DNA of 64,000 bases, taken from Antedon mediterranea (lineage: Eukaryota; Animalia; Echinodermata). The notes beneath the pieces were generated by a model that made no database searches, was not told the origin of the DNA, and was given only the letters and a program-made list of their open reading frames with translations. The stretch covers positions 38,016,304 to 38,080,303 of the forward strand of contig NC_092671.1 of the NCBI RefSeq assembly GCF_964355755.1. The letters are read 5' to 3'. Positions 37,596 to 49,959 of this stretch are shown here, piece by piece. Position 1 is the stretch's first letter. The number at the start of each line of letters is the position of its first letter. The position numbers and the translations under genes were made by a program.

Positions 37596-38747
37596 ATGAA
37601 TTCTGCAACCACTGGTGTCATAGCAGTGTTTATTTTCATCTTTGATTCAGGTTATATGTTAACACAGCAACACAGTGTTGATTGTGAACAGCCTAAGAAT
37701 TACTATATTGTTGGACAAACGCTGACAACTACATGTTATGTTGAGGAGTGTTATGATTGTATAAAGCAGTTACAGTTAAAAAAGAATAACCATTTATTAG
37801 CTGACAAATATATCAGCATTTCAACATTTCCAGATCATTCTGAAATGAAGATTATAATAAGCAATTTGAGGATATCTAACAGTGGTTTGTACAGCATTCT
37901 TGTCACTCGTCATGAAAATGTTACAGAGGAATTCAGACTATTCAATGTGAGTGTTGTTCCACAGCCTGCACCAAAGTGCTCGTCAGACAAAGTATACTGT
38001 ATTGGTGATTGCTACGTCACTGTACAATGTAGTATATTTTCTTATCCAGATCTTGTTTTCCAACATTTTAGACAGTACGATATTAAGAAAGAAGGGTATA
38101 ATTATACAATGTTAGGAAATGATACAATATTTGAAAGACAATTCTATATCTCAAATATGGTGGAATTCACATGTGTTGTAGAAGTGAAATCTGAAACATA
38201 TACTTGCACAGTCGATGTATCAATAAAAAGTAGATTGAATGTTTCTTTAACATCAGCAGGAAATCTGATGGAAGGCGACGACGCAGTTTTAAATTGTTCT
38301 CTTCCAAACAACAATGACGTCACTCAGGCTGAGTACATATGGGAATCATTCCCAGAAATTGACATGATTAACAAAAGTAACACATTAACAATACTTAATG
38401 TATCTATTGGTTTAAATGGAACAGAAGTAAGGTGCACCGTAAGACTAGGTAATTATTCAGAGGGTTCGGCAACGAAGATAGTGAATGTTGACATCCTGAA
38501 TCATGATCAAGTTCATCTTGATGTCTCAACGATGCAAATACCCACATCCGACATAAGCAGGGAAGATAATACTATGCACTCAAAATCTATATTGCTAATT
38601 CGGTCCATTACATTTTGTGTCTTTATTATTATTGTGGCAATTTTTTGTACAAAGTACCTTAACACAAGGAAGAAAAGACATTCCATTGACAATAGACCTA
38701 CAAGCAATAACACAACCTCTGCTGTAGAACTGAATGTAGGCCTATAG
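37596..38747 (+). CDS. Family A copy A5
   Basis: 383-aa intact ORF with the same architecture. Confidence 0.9.
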   Translation: MNSATTGVIAVFIFIFDSGYMLTQQHSVDCEQPKNYYIVGQTLTTTCYVEECYDCIKQLQLKKNNHLLADKYISISTFPDHSEMKIIISNLRISNSGLYSILVTRHENVTEEFRLFNVSVVPQPAPKCSSDKVYCIGDCYVTVQCSIFSYPDLVFQHFRQYDIKKEGYNYTMLGNDTIFERQFYISNMVEFTCVVEVKSETYTCTVDVSIKSRLNVSLTSAGNLMEGDDAVLNCSLPNNNDVTQAEYIWESFPEIDMINKSNTLTILNVSIGLNGTEVRCTVRLGNYSEGSATKIVNVDILNHDQVHLDVSTMQIPTSDISREDNTMHSKSILLIRSITFCVFIIIVAIFCTKYLNTRKKRHSIDNRPTSNNTTSAVELNVGL

Positions 38748-40690
38748 ATTATAGAGAACTGGTTGTGTAAGCATCATTTAAAAAGATTGAATGAACTGTT
38801 CTGACCTTTTCTTCACAGGGAATGAATTCACCAAAATGTTTTTTAGTTTACAATCATAGACTCTGTATAACCCAGTGGTCTAATGGTCTGAACATTTGCA
38901 TATCATGCAGAAAGTTCCGAGTTTGAATCTAGATTGGAGCAGTTTTTTTTCATTTTCAGAGCTATATATCTCGGTATTTTTTTTTTTTACAGTGAAACAA
39001 TAAAATATGAAAGCAGAAATGACGCATTTTTCAGTCATAACAAGCTTGTAAATTACGATCAAATAGAATAACTATTATCACTCAAATGGCATTTAACGAG
39101 AAATGTTTTAAAAATTGTTTTCAGCGAAACAATATTCTTAAATGAATCTGAAAAGTTAAATAACACAGTGTTTTAGGGAAAAATGTATTATTTGCGGCAT
39201 AGTAGATATGTTATGTATGCTGTGTAAATGTAAATATTACCATCATTGTCCTGCTGGTCAATCTTCAAATATACCACACATGAGCACATCTTTCAAATCA
39301 TTCACATCAAGATGCCTGCAAAAAAAACATGCTTAATATTGTCAATAAAAAATAATTCAAATAAGTCAAAACCAATAATCAAATTCCAGTATGAACCATT
39401 AAGCTCAAGCAATCATCTTAATCATAATCTCTCGCGCATGTAAAGACCCATGTCCTCCCTTTCTACGCTAAAATTGGTACAATACAATATTGAACATTAA
39501 AGGTCAGCAATATATCAATAAACTTGATTCATAGTATGACATGCAAAGTAAATATAACATGCAATTTATAACTATTTATTTGCCATACAATAAATAACCT
39601 AATAACGTAGCATTGTGTATCTCTGTATTGTGAAAGCAATAAGGTATTACGGGCCACCTAATTTATTTAGTAACAAGTCTGCTGTGTCAGCCATGATGAT
39701 CGTATGAAAATGACGATGAAAATGGTAAGTAAAAGTTCTATTAATACTGCTCAATTGAACATTTTATGTATAATTATTAGTACCTTTGAAAACTGAATCA
39801 ACCACTGTAATCCAGTCTATCTTTAGAATATGATGGGTGACAAACATTGTTTGTATAAAATTCTAAGGTGTGGCAATAACAATTATATCCTTCTGGGTTT
39901 CCTTTAGTTTGATAGGCACCTGAATTGATAGAAAACAAATAAAAACAGTTCAACTTCTGGATTTTGAATACAAGTGTTTGATAGTAAACATATTATTCAT
40001 AAGAATTTAAATATGTATAACCACAATTTTAAAAGAATTACTACCTACAATTTTTATTTTTTATTTATTTTGCAAAAGCCAACATGCGAAAACAATTTTG
40101 TAAAACAACAAACCTGCAGCTACTTCCATACATATTTTATACATGCAATAATGTTATGTTTATAAAACAGTGGCTTTGACTAACGAGCCTGCTGAAAAAA
40201 AAAATAATTTCAGTACAGTATTTAACTTGAATTTTTCCTACAAATAACAATATAAATTCTGAGCCCAACAACCAGTGCGTCAATTTTATCAATATATTTT
40301 TCTTCTTTTTGTTTGCATGATTTAATTCAACGTAAAAACCGATTTGATCAAATTTTTAAGGTACGCAAGCAATAGTTATGTGTGATTTTCTAAAATCCTG
40401 CTTTTAGTTTTGGTCATCATCATTACACCCTATTTAGTCTCATACAGTTATCATCATGCAAGTGATTATTCCATTTTTTTAAATGGCCAAAATTAAGCAC
40501 ATTTCATGTAATTTTAAGCATAAATGTTCATGGATATACTATAATACAATGAAAGCACAATTTTCAATACTTACTACTGTGATATTACAAATGGATCCAA
40601 CGGTCCCCACCCCCCAGCCCTGCTCACTTTTAAACTTTGTAAATTTCAATGTAAAATGTAGGAAAGTTGAGCACTTCATCCAAAAATGTT
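38500..40690 (+). repeat. Segmental duplicate of about 14130-16400 (A 3' end plus flank)
   Basis: Colinear near-identical sequence by eye, including the orphan exon-1 module. Confidence 0.85.
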
Positions 40691-41920
40691 CAAGCCCTCC
40701 TTCAATCTTATCCATTATTTTCTCTACCTGTTTATTTTAAAAAAAAGGTGCTATTTTCACTAATGGAATTTATTTACTATCAATCATACAAAATGTATGG
40801 TTATGACAGTTTTAATATGGAGAAATTTTATTTTAATACATAATTTAACACTGCTTACTTCTTGACAACAATATCTATTTTCCCACATCTCCTCTACAAC
40901 ACAGTTTCCACACCCACACCTGTAGTAGAAAAAGAAGGAATATGAATATGATTATGTTGTCAGAATGTCTCACTTCTTAAAATATGAAGGTCTAGGCCTA
41001 GCTAGGCTAGTAGACTAGTTAGTAGTACGCCTACTCTACTACTTACTAGCCCTAAAATAAAGCATTTATATATTACTATACTAGCTAGGCCTATATGCTA
41101 GGCCTATCAATTTATATAAAAAAATGAAGAAAATATTTCAACGATTTACGATGTATTAATCATTTAAGAATGAAACTGTAAAGCGGATAAGTTAATATCG
41201 AAATAGTTTTGGCGCAGTGGACGATTAACCCAAAAATTCCTATCTCCTCCTGTACAAAAGTTTCCGCTTGTGACGTCACAGGCGGATTTTTTTTCATTTC
41301 TTAGGGCTGTTTTTTATGCGTCATCGTCATCTCTGAAATGTACTCTAACAGTCAGCTGTATGTAACAGTATATACTACGTGTTGAAAACATAAAATCAAA
41401 CTTTTTGGAATCGTTTCATATCATCTTTAATGGTTTCCAATCATGCAACTCTGTTGTCAACATTGTTGTTTCTTCTGTACAGAAATAATTGCAATGAAAA
41501 CTAAATTACTAAGTTAGGTCACATGCTAAATCACTCCAGACAATGACCAATGTCACATCTGTGTGTAGAACCTAATGACAATTAAAATATTATAAATATT
41601 TACAAACGTTAACAAACATACCATTCAATTGGCGCAGGAATAGTGTTTTTGTACATTTACTAATATTGTAAAAATACTGTGGCAGACATTCTGCCCTTAA
41701 TTACTGTACATAATGTTGTTTTCAGTTTTGAGTATTTACTTATTTATATTATATTTCAAATATCAGCTACTTTAAAATATTGCATATAGTGTCTGAAAAC
41801 AACCAAACCCAAAGACATATGAAACTGAAATTATTAAAATCAAAATTAACTATGTGTTTAATAATTTCAAACATCTCCTCACTGTTTAGTTTGTCTATTA
41901 CTATCCCAGTCTGTCTGTAC

Positions 41921-43120
41921 TCACATGGATTTCAATTTCAGATGTTGATTAATTTTAGTCAATTTTAACAATTTAAATGCCAAAATACAACATAACATAA
42001 TTAAAGTTATTAAAATGAAACAAACTACAACAAAGTGTTGAATAATTTCAAAGTTCTCCTGAATCACAGTTTCTACATCTTTAAGTGGCACTGTATAGAT
42101 GGGTGAGATTATTGGTGGCTTTCTTGTTGTTTCAGTTGTTGTCATGGGTTCACCTTCCACTGTAAGAATGACAGTATCTGAGCCAGTAAAGTCGTTATCA
42201 TAAACATTACATGTGAGTTGGGTGCCATGCATCTCGGGTAGTACAGATGAGATGGTTAACTTGTTGACATTGTTATTGTCAGTATAACAAATTTCAGAAG
42301 TCCATGTAAACTTAGCAGTATCAGTGTAGTTACCTTTGCAGGTGAGACTTGCAGTTTGATTTGAGGAATATTGAATGTCACCATGGATTACAACATTTAA
42401 TTTGTTCAAAATTAGTAGTGGGTCTGTATAACAATATTTTCTGTCATTTATTATATCAATATATAATTTACAACTATAAACTGTATTATTTATACTTGGT
42501 ATGGCAGGAAATTCTAAAGTTAACCACATGTGAGTGCTATTTTCATGCGATGAGGCTAGTTCAGTCATTTCAGTGAACTCCATAGATAGGTATGTAGATG
42601 TTTTCTCTGAAAGGCAAATAATTTGTGTGACATCACTAATGTTATATGAAGGTTGACTAAAGTAACACATTGGATACTCTTTTGATGGTACTTTGAGGAC
42701 GTTCAGGTGAGCTTTTCTTGAGGATATTATGCCTGTTGAAGTATCAAACACACATCTATAATCTGCAGCATCTGATCTTTCAACTGGATCAATTGTTAAG
42801 CTATACTCATAGATTCTATCTGTTATTCTTTTATTCACAAAAGAATATCGAGTATTTTCTGTTCGGTTTAATTTCTTGTTATGTTTCATCCAAGTTACTT
42901 GATCTGTTGATTCATGATTTTTTAGCAGAAAACAAACAAATCTTGCCTGCTTTGATTCAGCAAATGTAGCATCTTTTGGATAATCATTATCAAATGAAAT
43001 GTCCTGAGAAACTGAAGTTGAAATAATCATAACCAGAAGAGAAAGACACCAAAGCCTAGAGGTGTTAGTTGAACTATCAACAGATGCCTGAAAAGAATGC
43101 AAGGAGAAGAAAACCATCAA
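41921..43120 (-). CDS. Family B copy B4: 3 Ig-like domains, stalk, TM, short basic tail
   Basis: 399-aa intact ORF; its first residues (FFSLHSFQ) are a polypyrimidine tract and acceptor, so the true exon probably starts near 43087. Confidence 0.88.
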   Translation of the reverse strand: MMVFFSLHSFQASVDSSTNTSRLWCLSLLVMIISTSVSQDISFDNDYPKDATFAESKQARFVCFLLKNHESTDQVTWMKHNKKLNRTENTRYSFVNKRITDRIYEYSLTIDPVERSDAADYRCVFDTSTGIISSRKAHLNVLKVPSKEYPMCYFSQPSYNISDVTQIICLSEKTSTYLSMEFTEMTELASSHENSTHMWLTLEFPAIPSINNTVYSCKLYIDIINDRKYCYTDPLLILNKLNVVIHGDIQYSSNQTASLTCKGNYTDTAKFTWTSEICYTDNNNVNKLTISSVLPEMHGTQLTCNVYDNDFTGSDTVILTVEGEPMTTTETTRKPPIISPIYTVPLKDVETVIQENFEIIQHFVVVCFILITLIMLCCILAFKLLKLTKINQHLKLKSM

Positions 43121-43614
43121 ATTAATAGTTTCAGAAATTTATAGTGAGTTATCAATGCCTCAGTAAACAACGTAATCATAGTGGGAAAGCCACTTCGCGT
43201 TTTGACCGTTAAATCGTGTAAAATCGACTTACTTCCGCAATGACGATTTTGAAGCGCCACCTATCGTTGAAAACTAAAACCACGATTTTTCATCGCCTAG
43301 CAAATAAGTGCTGTTTTATTTTAAGCTCTCATGAATATTTAAGAACCGCCCAACATTACCTATTATGGTAAAAGCATTTCCTAATAAGTATAATTGGATA
43401 ACCAATCGGTTTCCTTCAAAGAAACCGAAGCTAATACAATACATTCGGCGACTGAAGTCGGGACTCGTGAAATTTATAAATGTGGTACGATTTGACTACT
43501 GTTTTGTTGTCCATTTTCTGAATAGTCGGAGGTGCATCCCAACAAATTACAAAAATTATAATCAATTGTTTTATCAAGAATAATATTAGTTTAATCGAGT
43601 ATGATATATTTCTA

Positions 43615-44652
43615 TGGAACGCCTCCTCTGCCTTCAGTTCACAATGGTCATGCAGTACACACCAGTCGTCATGCAGTACACACCAATGGTCATGCAGTAC
43701 ACACCAATGGTCATGCAGTACACACCAATGGTCATGCAGTACACACCAATCGTCGTTCACATTTATCATGCAGTACACACCAATGGTCATGCAGTACACA
43801 CCAATCGTCATGCAGTACACACCAATGGTCATGCAGTACACATCAATCGTCATGCAGTACACACCAAACATCATGCAGTACACACCAAACATCATGCAGT
43901 ACACACCAATCGTCATGCAGTACACACCAAACATCATGCAGTACACACCAATGGTCATGCAGTACACACCAATCGTCATGCAGTGAAATATTGCGTAATT
44001 TATACCGCCACCTATCGACAAAATCGAATATCACGTGACGTTTATTAGACGGCTGTAAAACTAGGCCATCGACTCTAAGATGTCTTTTATGTTTGACATA
44101 CTGTACTTATTTTAACCGCTACACATCTCTGTGAATGCTCTGTTTTTTATATATACAATAATTTATTATGCGAGACACAGGCGCGGCTAGGAGGCCATTG
44201 CAATTATTGAATTCCATAAAAGAAGTTTAAATAGTCTTAGTTTTACAGCCGTCTAATAAACCTCACGTGATATTCGATTTTGTCGATAGGTGGCGGTATA
44301 AATTACGCAATATTTGACTGCATGACGATTGGTGTGTACTGCATGACGATTGGTGTGTACTGCATGACCATTGGTGTGTACTGCATGATGTTTGGTGTGT
44401 ACTGCATGACGATTGGTGTGTACTGCATGACGATTGGTGTGTACTGCATGACGATTGGTGTGTACTGCATGACGATTGGTGTGTACTGCATGATGTTTGG
44501 TGTGTACTGCATGACGATTGGTGTGTACTGCATGACGATTGGTGTGTACTGCATGACCATTGGTGTGTACTGCATGACGATTGGTGTGTACTGCATGACG
44601 ATTGGTGTGTACTGCATGATAAATGTGAACTGAAGGCAGAGGAGGCGTTCCA
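43615..44652. mobile_element. Nested foldback element with ~430-bp inverted arms carrying a 21-bp minisatellite
   Basis: tggaacgcctcctctgcc ... ggcagaggaggcgttcca; unit catgcagtacacaccaatcgt; tatatttcta on both flanks (TSD 6-10 bp depending on the boundary chosen). Confidence 0.88.
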
Positions 44653-44820
44653 TATATTTCTATCCTGTTCAAAATTTGTTCGTGTATTCTCAGGCCTCGA
44701 AAAGTAGGTACATTTTCTAGCTGTGAGCGTGGTTTCGGCAACGCGAGACACATGTGTCAGTACAGTATAGGCGATAGCGAGACGTGTGTTGTACTGTGTT
44801 GTACTGGAGGGTTTCTTTTG

Positions 44821-45428
44821 TGCGAGTTGCGAGTAGAAAAATGCGAGTTGCGAGTCGGAAAATGCGAGTTGCGAGTCGGAAAATGCGAGTTGCGGGTCGG
44901 AAAATGCGAGTTGCGGGTCGGAAAATGCGAGTTGCGAGTTGGAAAGTGCGAGTTGCGAGTCGGAAAATGCGAGTTGCGAGTCGAAAAGTGCGAGTTGCGA
45001 GTCGGAAAGTGCGAGTTGCGAGTCGGAAAGTGCGAGTTTCGGGTCTGAAAATGCGAGTTGCGGGTCGGAAAATGCGAGTTGCGAGTCTGAAAGTGCGAGT
45101 TGCGAGTCTGAAAGTGCGAGTTGCGAGTCGGAAAGTGCGAGTTGCGAGTCGGAAAGTGCGAGTTGCGAGTCGGAAAATGCGAGTTGCGGGTCGGAAAATG
45201 CGAGTTGCGAGTCGGAAAATGCGAGTTGCGAGTCTGAAAGTGCGAGTTGCGAGTCGGAAAGTGCGAGTTGCGAGTCGGAAAGTGCGAGTTGCGGGTCGGA
45301 AAGTGCGAGTTGCGGGTCGGAAAATGCGAGTTGCGGGTCGGAAAATGCGAGCTGCGAGTCGGAAAGTGCGGGTTGCGGGTCGGAAAATGCGAATTGCGGT
45401 CGGAAAGTGCGAGTTGCGGGTCGGAAAG
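44821..45428. repeat. 21-bp minisatellite (tgcgagttgcgagtcggaaaa)n
   Basis: About 29 tandem units; accounts for the CELRVGK/ASCESE ORFs. Confidence 0.95.
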
Positions 45429-46989
45429 AGGCCTAGATTATATAAATAATAGTAAATACTGTAATTTAAATTATAAAATACAGCCCCATTTTATTTTTTA
45501 GGCCATCATATAAATATTATAATTATATATACAACCAGACATTAGAATTTTTTAAAAATAATATTTATTATTTTTTCTGACACTTTCAGGAATCGTTGAT
45601 GATGCATAGTTCTTCATCTTTGTGACTTCAAATTGAGAGTGAAGTGGATAAAAAGATGACACCGGTACCACCTACCGACATTGTCATACCCAAACTATAA
45701 TTTAATAATTTAAAACAAAATGTTGAATTACAAATAATATATGTATGTTGCAGAGGATTTAGATGAATTACAATACAAATGTTTTATGTTGAATGCAAAC
45801 CTACTACACTATACTCTGTATATTATGTTATTGTCATGTGGTAGACCTTAAAAATTGAATATTTATTGTATGTTAGGCCTATTTTATATTTTATTAATAC
45901 TATTACTAGTATTAATTTATATTATACAGTACTAGTTTGTACATGTTTTTACCCCAAAAATAAGAATAAATAATTTGTTATTCAATCTAATAGCTTGTTT
46001 GTTCATCGATAACAAAACAATTGTAAGCAAGTATATAACAGTTCTTGTTAGCCGCTTATTTCAGGTCATATTATAATTATTATTAGCTAGGCCCGACGCG
46101 CCCGATCACAACGTCACTAAGTGACTTTCCGCCCCTGGAACAATCGCTCGCCAAATAGGGCTAGGCCTCGGACTCGTATAAAAGCTATTATAATAGTTAT
46201 GTTAAATATTCCTCAACTAAAATGTATATTGTGATAAATAAACAAGTAATAATATACGTTGTATTGGAATGTATTTATTTATATGAATTCTTATACGCGG
46301 ACAATTATAAACATCGCGTATATCGTTCGCTATAAATAAATTCATAAACACGATGACGATGTGTTTACAAAATGGCGGTTTCGCTAGTTTTCGATGGAAC
46401 AAATAGAGGTACCTTTAGTTTGAATAGTCGGAGCTGCATCCCAACCACCGAATTTTTTATCTTAATATCGTATTCTGTAGATTATTAATTTTTCTAACAG
46501 GGATTTTAAATTCAGGACTGTTCAATTTTTCTAAATATTTTATTTTAACAATTTTCTAGGGTACAATTTCGGAAAAAAGACATTGGTTGATTTTGCCGTT
46601 AAATTACAGATTATCGTTTTGTTCAAATACAGTACATTTAATTTTACATGACAATATATTAAAACCATTTATGAATTTATTTCACTAACAATATTTTTCC
46701 GATAATCAGCTAAATTTACAAATATTGTGTTTTTCAAACACCATAAAATTTAACAATTTTGAACTAAATTAGAAAAGTAGGGCGCCCTCCGAGTCGAAAT
46801 TTGACACGATTTGTCGACTGGCTTTCCCACTGATCAGTTGACCTCTCTCTACACTGTTTGTGCTTTGTCTTCCGGGTTGTCTTCCCAAACTCGAAGAAGC
46901 AATTTTATACTGTATATTTATTTTTAATAGCAACAATAATATTTTATGTTTTTCATGAGATCCAGGCGCTATATATTTATGGAGGCACA

Positions 46990-47085
46990 AAATTTGTGGA
47001 AAGAAAGAAGAATAAGATAGAAAAAAAAAAAAAAAAATGATCCTGACAATAACAAGGGGTTATCCGCCAAGTGCGGATAACCAAT
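46990..47085 (+). mobile_element. Short Helentron-associated-like 3' end
   Basis: A-rich tract then hairpin ggttatccgc-caagt-gcggataacc; absent from the paralogous flank near 54127. Confidence 0.4.
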
Positions 47086-47184
47086 AAGCATGTTACACAT
47101 ATTACTTCTCTCTTCAGATGGGATTCATTCATTCAATATACTAGATACATAATACAAAATTGTGTGCAATAAAACATATAGTAT

Positions 47185-48171
47185 TAGACTTGCCCCAAGT
47201 CTGTATTTATTGTCTTTTTTTTTATTTATTTGTTTTTATTTCGACCGCGATTTTTGTCTGAAAATACAGACTTGTGAAACACGTATAGAAATCGATTTGC
47301 AGACCGCAAACAACTGATAAGAATGACGTAGGTTATCATACCGTATTTGGCTATATGGGGCGGGCGGTATGTAAATATGGATTTCAAATCAACCAATGAT
47401 CATTTTGTTTCAAAATGAAAAAGATCGAGTACGTACAGTGCTGAATGTACGATCGAGACTGTTGAAATATGAAATCGTGTTGCCAAGTTGTTTTGTTTAT
47501 TAATTGTTTAGTCTTTAGCCTAGGCCTCCTTCGTAGGTCCTACTCAACTCGCACGTATGATCTGCCAAATAAAACGCCAATAAGAGGTAGGCCTACATAC
47601 CACCACCGGCACACAACAGGATTCACACACAACAGACAGGGCTACGACACCACTACACAGAACAGGAAAGGGTCTAGGTGGGATTTAAATCAAATTATCT
47701 CCGCGTAATATTAAATGATCCATTCAATGTTTGATTTGCGGAGAAGCAAGACGAGTTTTCATGTTCTTGGGGAAAATCCCATCAAATGTTTACCAGACTA
47801 CTACTAGGCCTAGGCATATAAAATCATTTCTAGCCTTCAGAAACTTTCATCAATGTCCCGATCAATGTACCCAAGTACATTGTCTAAACGTAACATAGCG
47901 CATGCGTACCATCTTAGTTGTTGAGTCTTTGAAATTCTGAAATATGAATATTAAAACAGTGTACGAGTGAGTAGCCAATCGCATGCAGCTGAAACTAGTC
48001 AACCAGATAATCTATGCACCAAGAATTCTTGGTGTCAAACCACGTGACTTTTGCGTGTTTCCCCAGACGGAGTATCCAAACTCAAGTAAAACACGTATGA
48101 AACGCCATATGTGCAAAAATGTTTATATTTTTACTAATATTAAGAAAAAACTCCGTCTGGAGCCCAGACTA
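47185..48171. mobile_element. ~1-kb non-autonomous element with TAG...CTA ends and 9-bp TSD (AcademH-like)
   Basis: atatagtat at 47176-47184 and 48172-48180; short imperfect TIR tagacttgcccca / tggagcccagacta; empty site at about 54247. Confidence 0.8.
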
Positions 48172-48406
48172 ATATAGTATATATAATAATAGAGGATGAG
48201 AACACAAACTATTTAAAAATATTTCTTGCAGTTTGTACATTTCTATTGAATAGTGCAATTTAGAAGAATTTATAAGCAATTTAAAAATAAAACAAGATTT
48301 CAAAATTGTGATTCCATTCAAGTACTAAATTGTCAAATTACATGGTCTAATTTATCAAACTATTGTATATTTATTAATATTATAGGCTAGTACCTTGATT
48401 GGTAAC

Positions 48407-49559
48407 TATGGAAGGCAATCGCCGGCAAAAATACAAAAGTAAAATAAACAACGTACTTTCACAAACAAACAACGTAATTTCACAAACGAACAATCTAAAC
48501 TAAAACAAAGAACGTACTTTCACAAACGAACAACCTACTTTCACAAACGAACGAACTAATGTAAAACAAACAACGTACTTTAAAAAACGAACAACCTACT
48601 TTTACGCGAACAACATATTTTTTACAAACGGACAACGTACATTGATAAACGAACAACCTGCTTTACCAAACGATGTAGATTGCCGAATGAACTAAGGACT
48701 CGTCCATTTTTTAAGTCGGGTATAAAAACACCACATGACCTGAGGAAAATAAAATGTTGTTAATAGTGAGGGAGCTCTCTATTTTGTGTCTAAGAATATA
48801 GAGTATACACTATATAACTACATACAGTGTAGCATAGGTAAAATTATGGGACCCGCCTTTTATTTCAATTTTTATCATGATGACGTGAATGAACACGAAG
48901 ATAGCAATTTTGGAAGGAATTTATCTGAGCAACAACATATTAACGTGTAGAATTGAAGAATTTGGATGCGTAGAATATAGATGCGCGCTATTTTAAATGA
49001 ACTATGACGCAAAAGATAAAAATACGACTTTTATAATTCAACTGGCCATAAATGATGTCACAACATCCGATACGCAACATTTTTACATGAATTCGTATCT
49101 AGAATTCAACATCTTCCAGAAAACATTTTCATGAGGGTCACTTTTCCTCCATTTGTCAGGATGAGTTTTGCTTACGCGCGCAAGATACAGGCTGCTCGCT
49201 TTGAGATCCCTAAGGCATATCCTCTTATCGGAACTTTTGCAATTACCCGACTTAAAAAATTGACAAGTCCTTAGTTCATTCGGCAATCTACATCGTTTGG
49301 TAAAGCAGGTTGTTCGTTTATCAATGTACGTTGTCCGTTTGTAAAAAATACGTTGTTTGCGTAAAAGTAGGTTGTTCGTTTTTTAAAGTACGTTGTTTGT
49401 TTTACATTAGTTCGTTCGTTTGTGAAAGTAGGTTGTTCGTTTGTGAAAGTACGTTCTTTGTTTTAATTTAGATCGTTCGTTTGTGAAAGTAGGTTGTTCG
49501 TTTGGGAAAGTACGTTGTTTGTTTTACTTTTGTATTTTTGGCGGCGATTGCCTTCCATA
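48407..49559. mobile_element. Foldback/MITE with ~300-bp TIRs containing 21-bp repeats
   Basis: tatggaaggcaatcgcc ... ggcgattgccttccata; unit aacgtactttcacaaacgaac; arms inverted to about 48720/49250. Confidence 0.85.
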
Positions 49560-49959
49560 CAAAAGATAGAGTGTGAACAATTCAAGTGTCATTGTATAAG
49601 GATCAATAATACAGGCAAATTATTGAAAAGCAAATTTGAAAAAAAAAACAATTAATGTTAGTCTAAAAAATGAGGATGGGGGATGAGGAACGTTACGTAC
49701 TTGTTTGTACTGGAATAGGATGATTTTCTTATTTATAACACAATATTAAGCATATGTTTTTAGATGTTTTGTAGGCATGTTCAGTGAATTTTGGTTTTTT
49801 TTTTTGTAGGAATCTTCATTTTCAGTGAATGATTTAGAATTACAGTATTATTATTTTAAAGAAATGTACTAATAACAAAAACAAATATTAGTAGATAAAT
49901 TTATTTTAAGTTCCTTTTATCATATACAAATATATATGTACAACCATGGTATTGAGCAC

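Larger units (their letters stand above)
43179..46832. mobile_element. 3.65-kb TIR element (Academ-like ends) with ATCA duplication, in the B4 intron
   Basis: tagtgggaaagcca ... tggctttcccactg; atca on both sides; empty site in the paralogous intron at about 53990-54010 (cgtaatcagtt). Confidence 0.8.

Noticed and set aside
2302-43120. V(D)J-like somatic rearrangement of the Ig genes
   Set aside because: Genes are complete single units; I saw no RSS-like heptamer/nonamer pairs or separate segments, and no recombinase in the window
43431-45501. Periodic ORFs (HAVHTNR, MQYTP, CELRVGK)
   Set aside because: Minisatellite translations inside nested transposons
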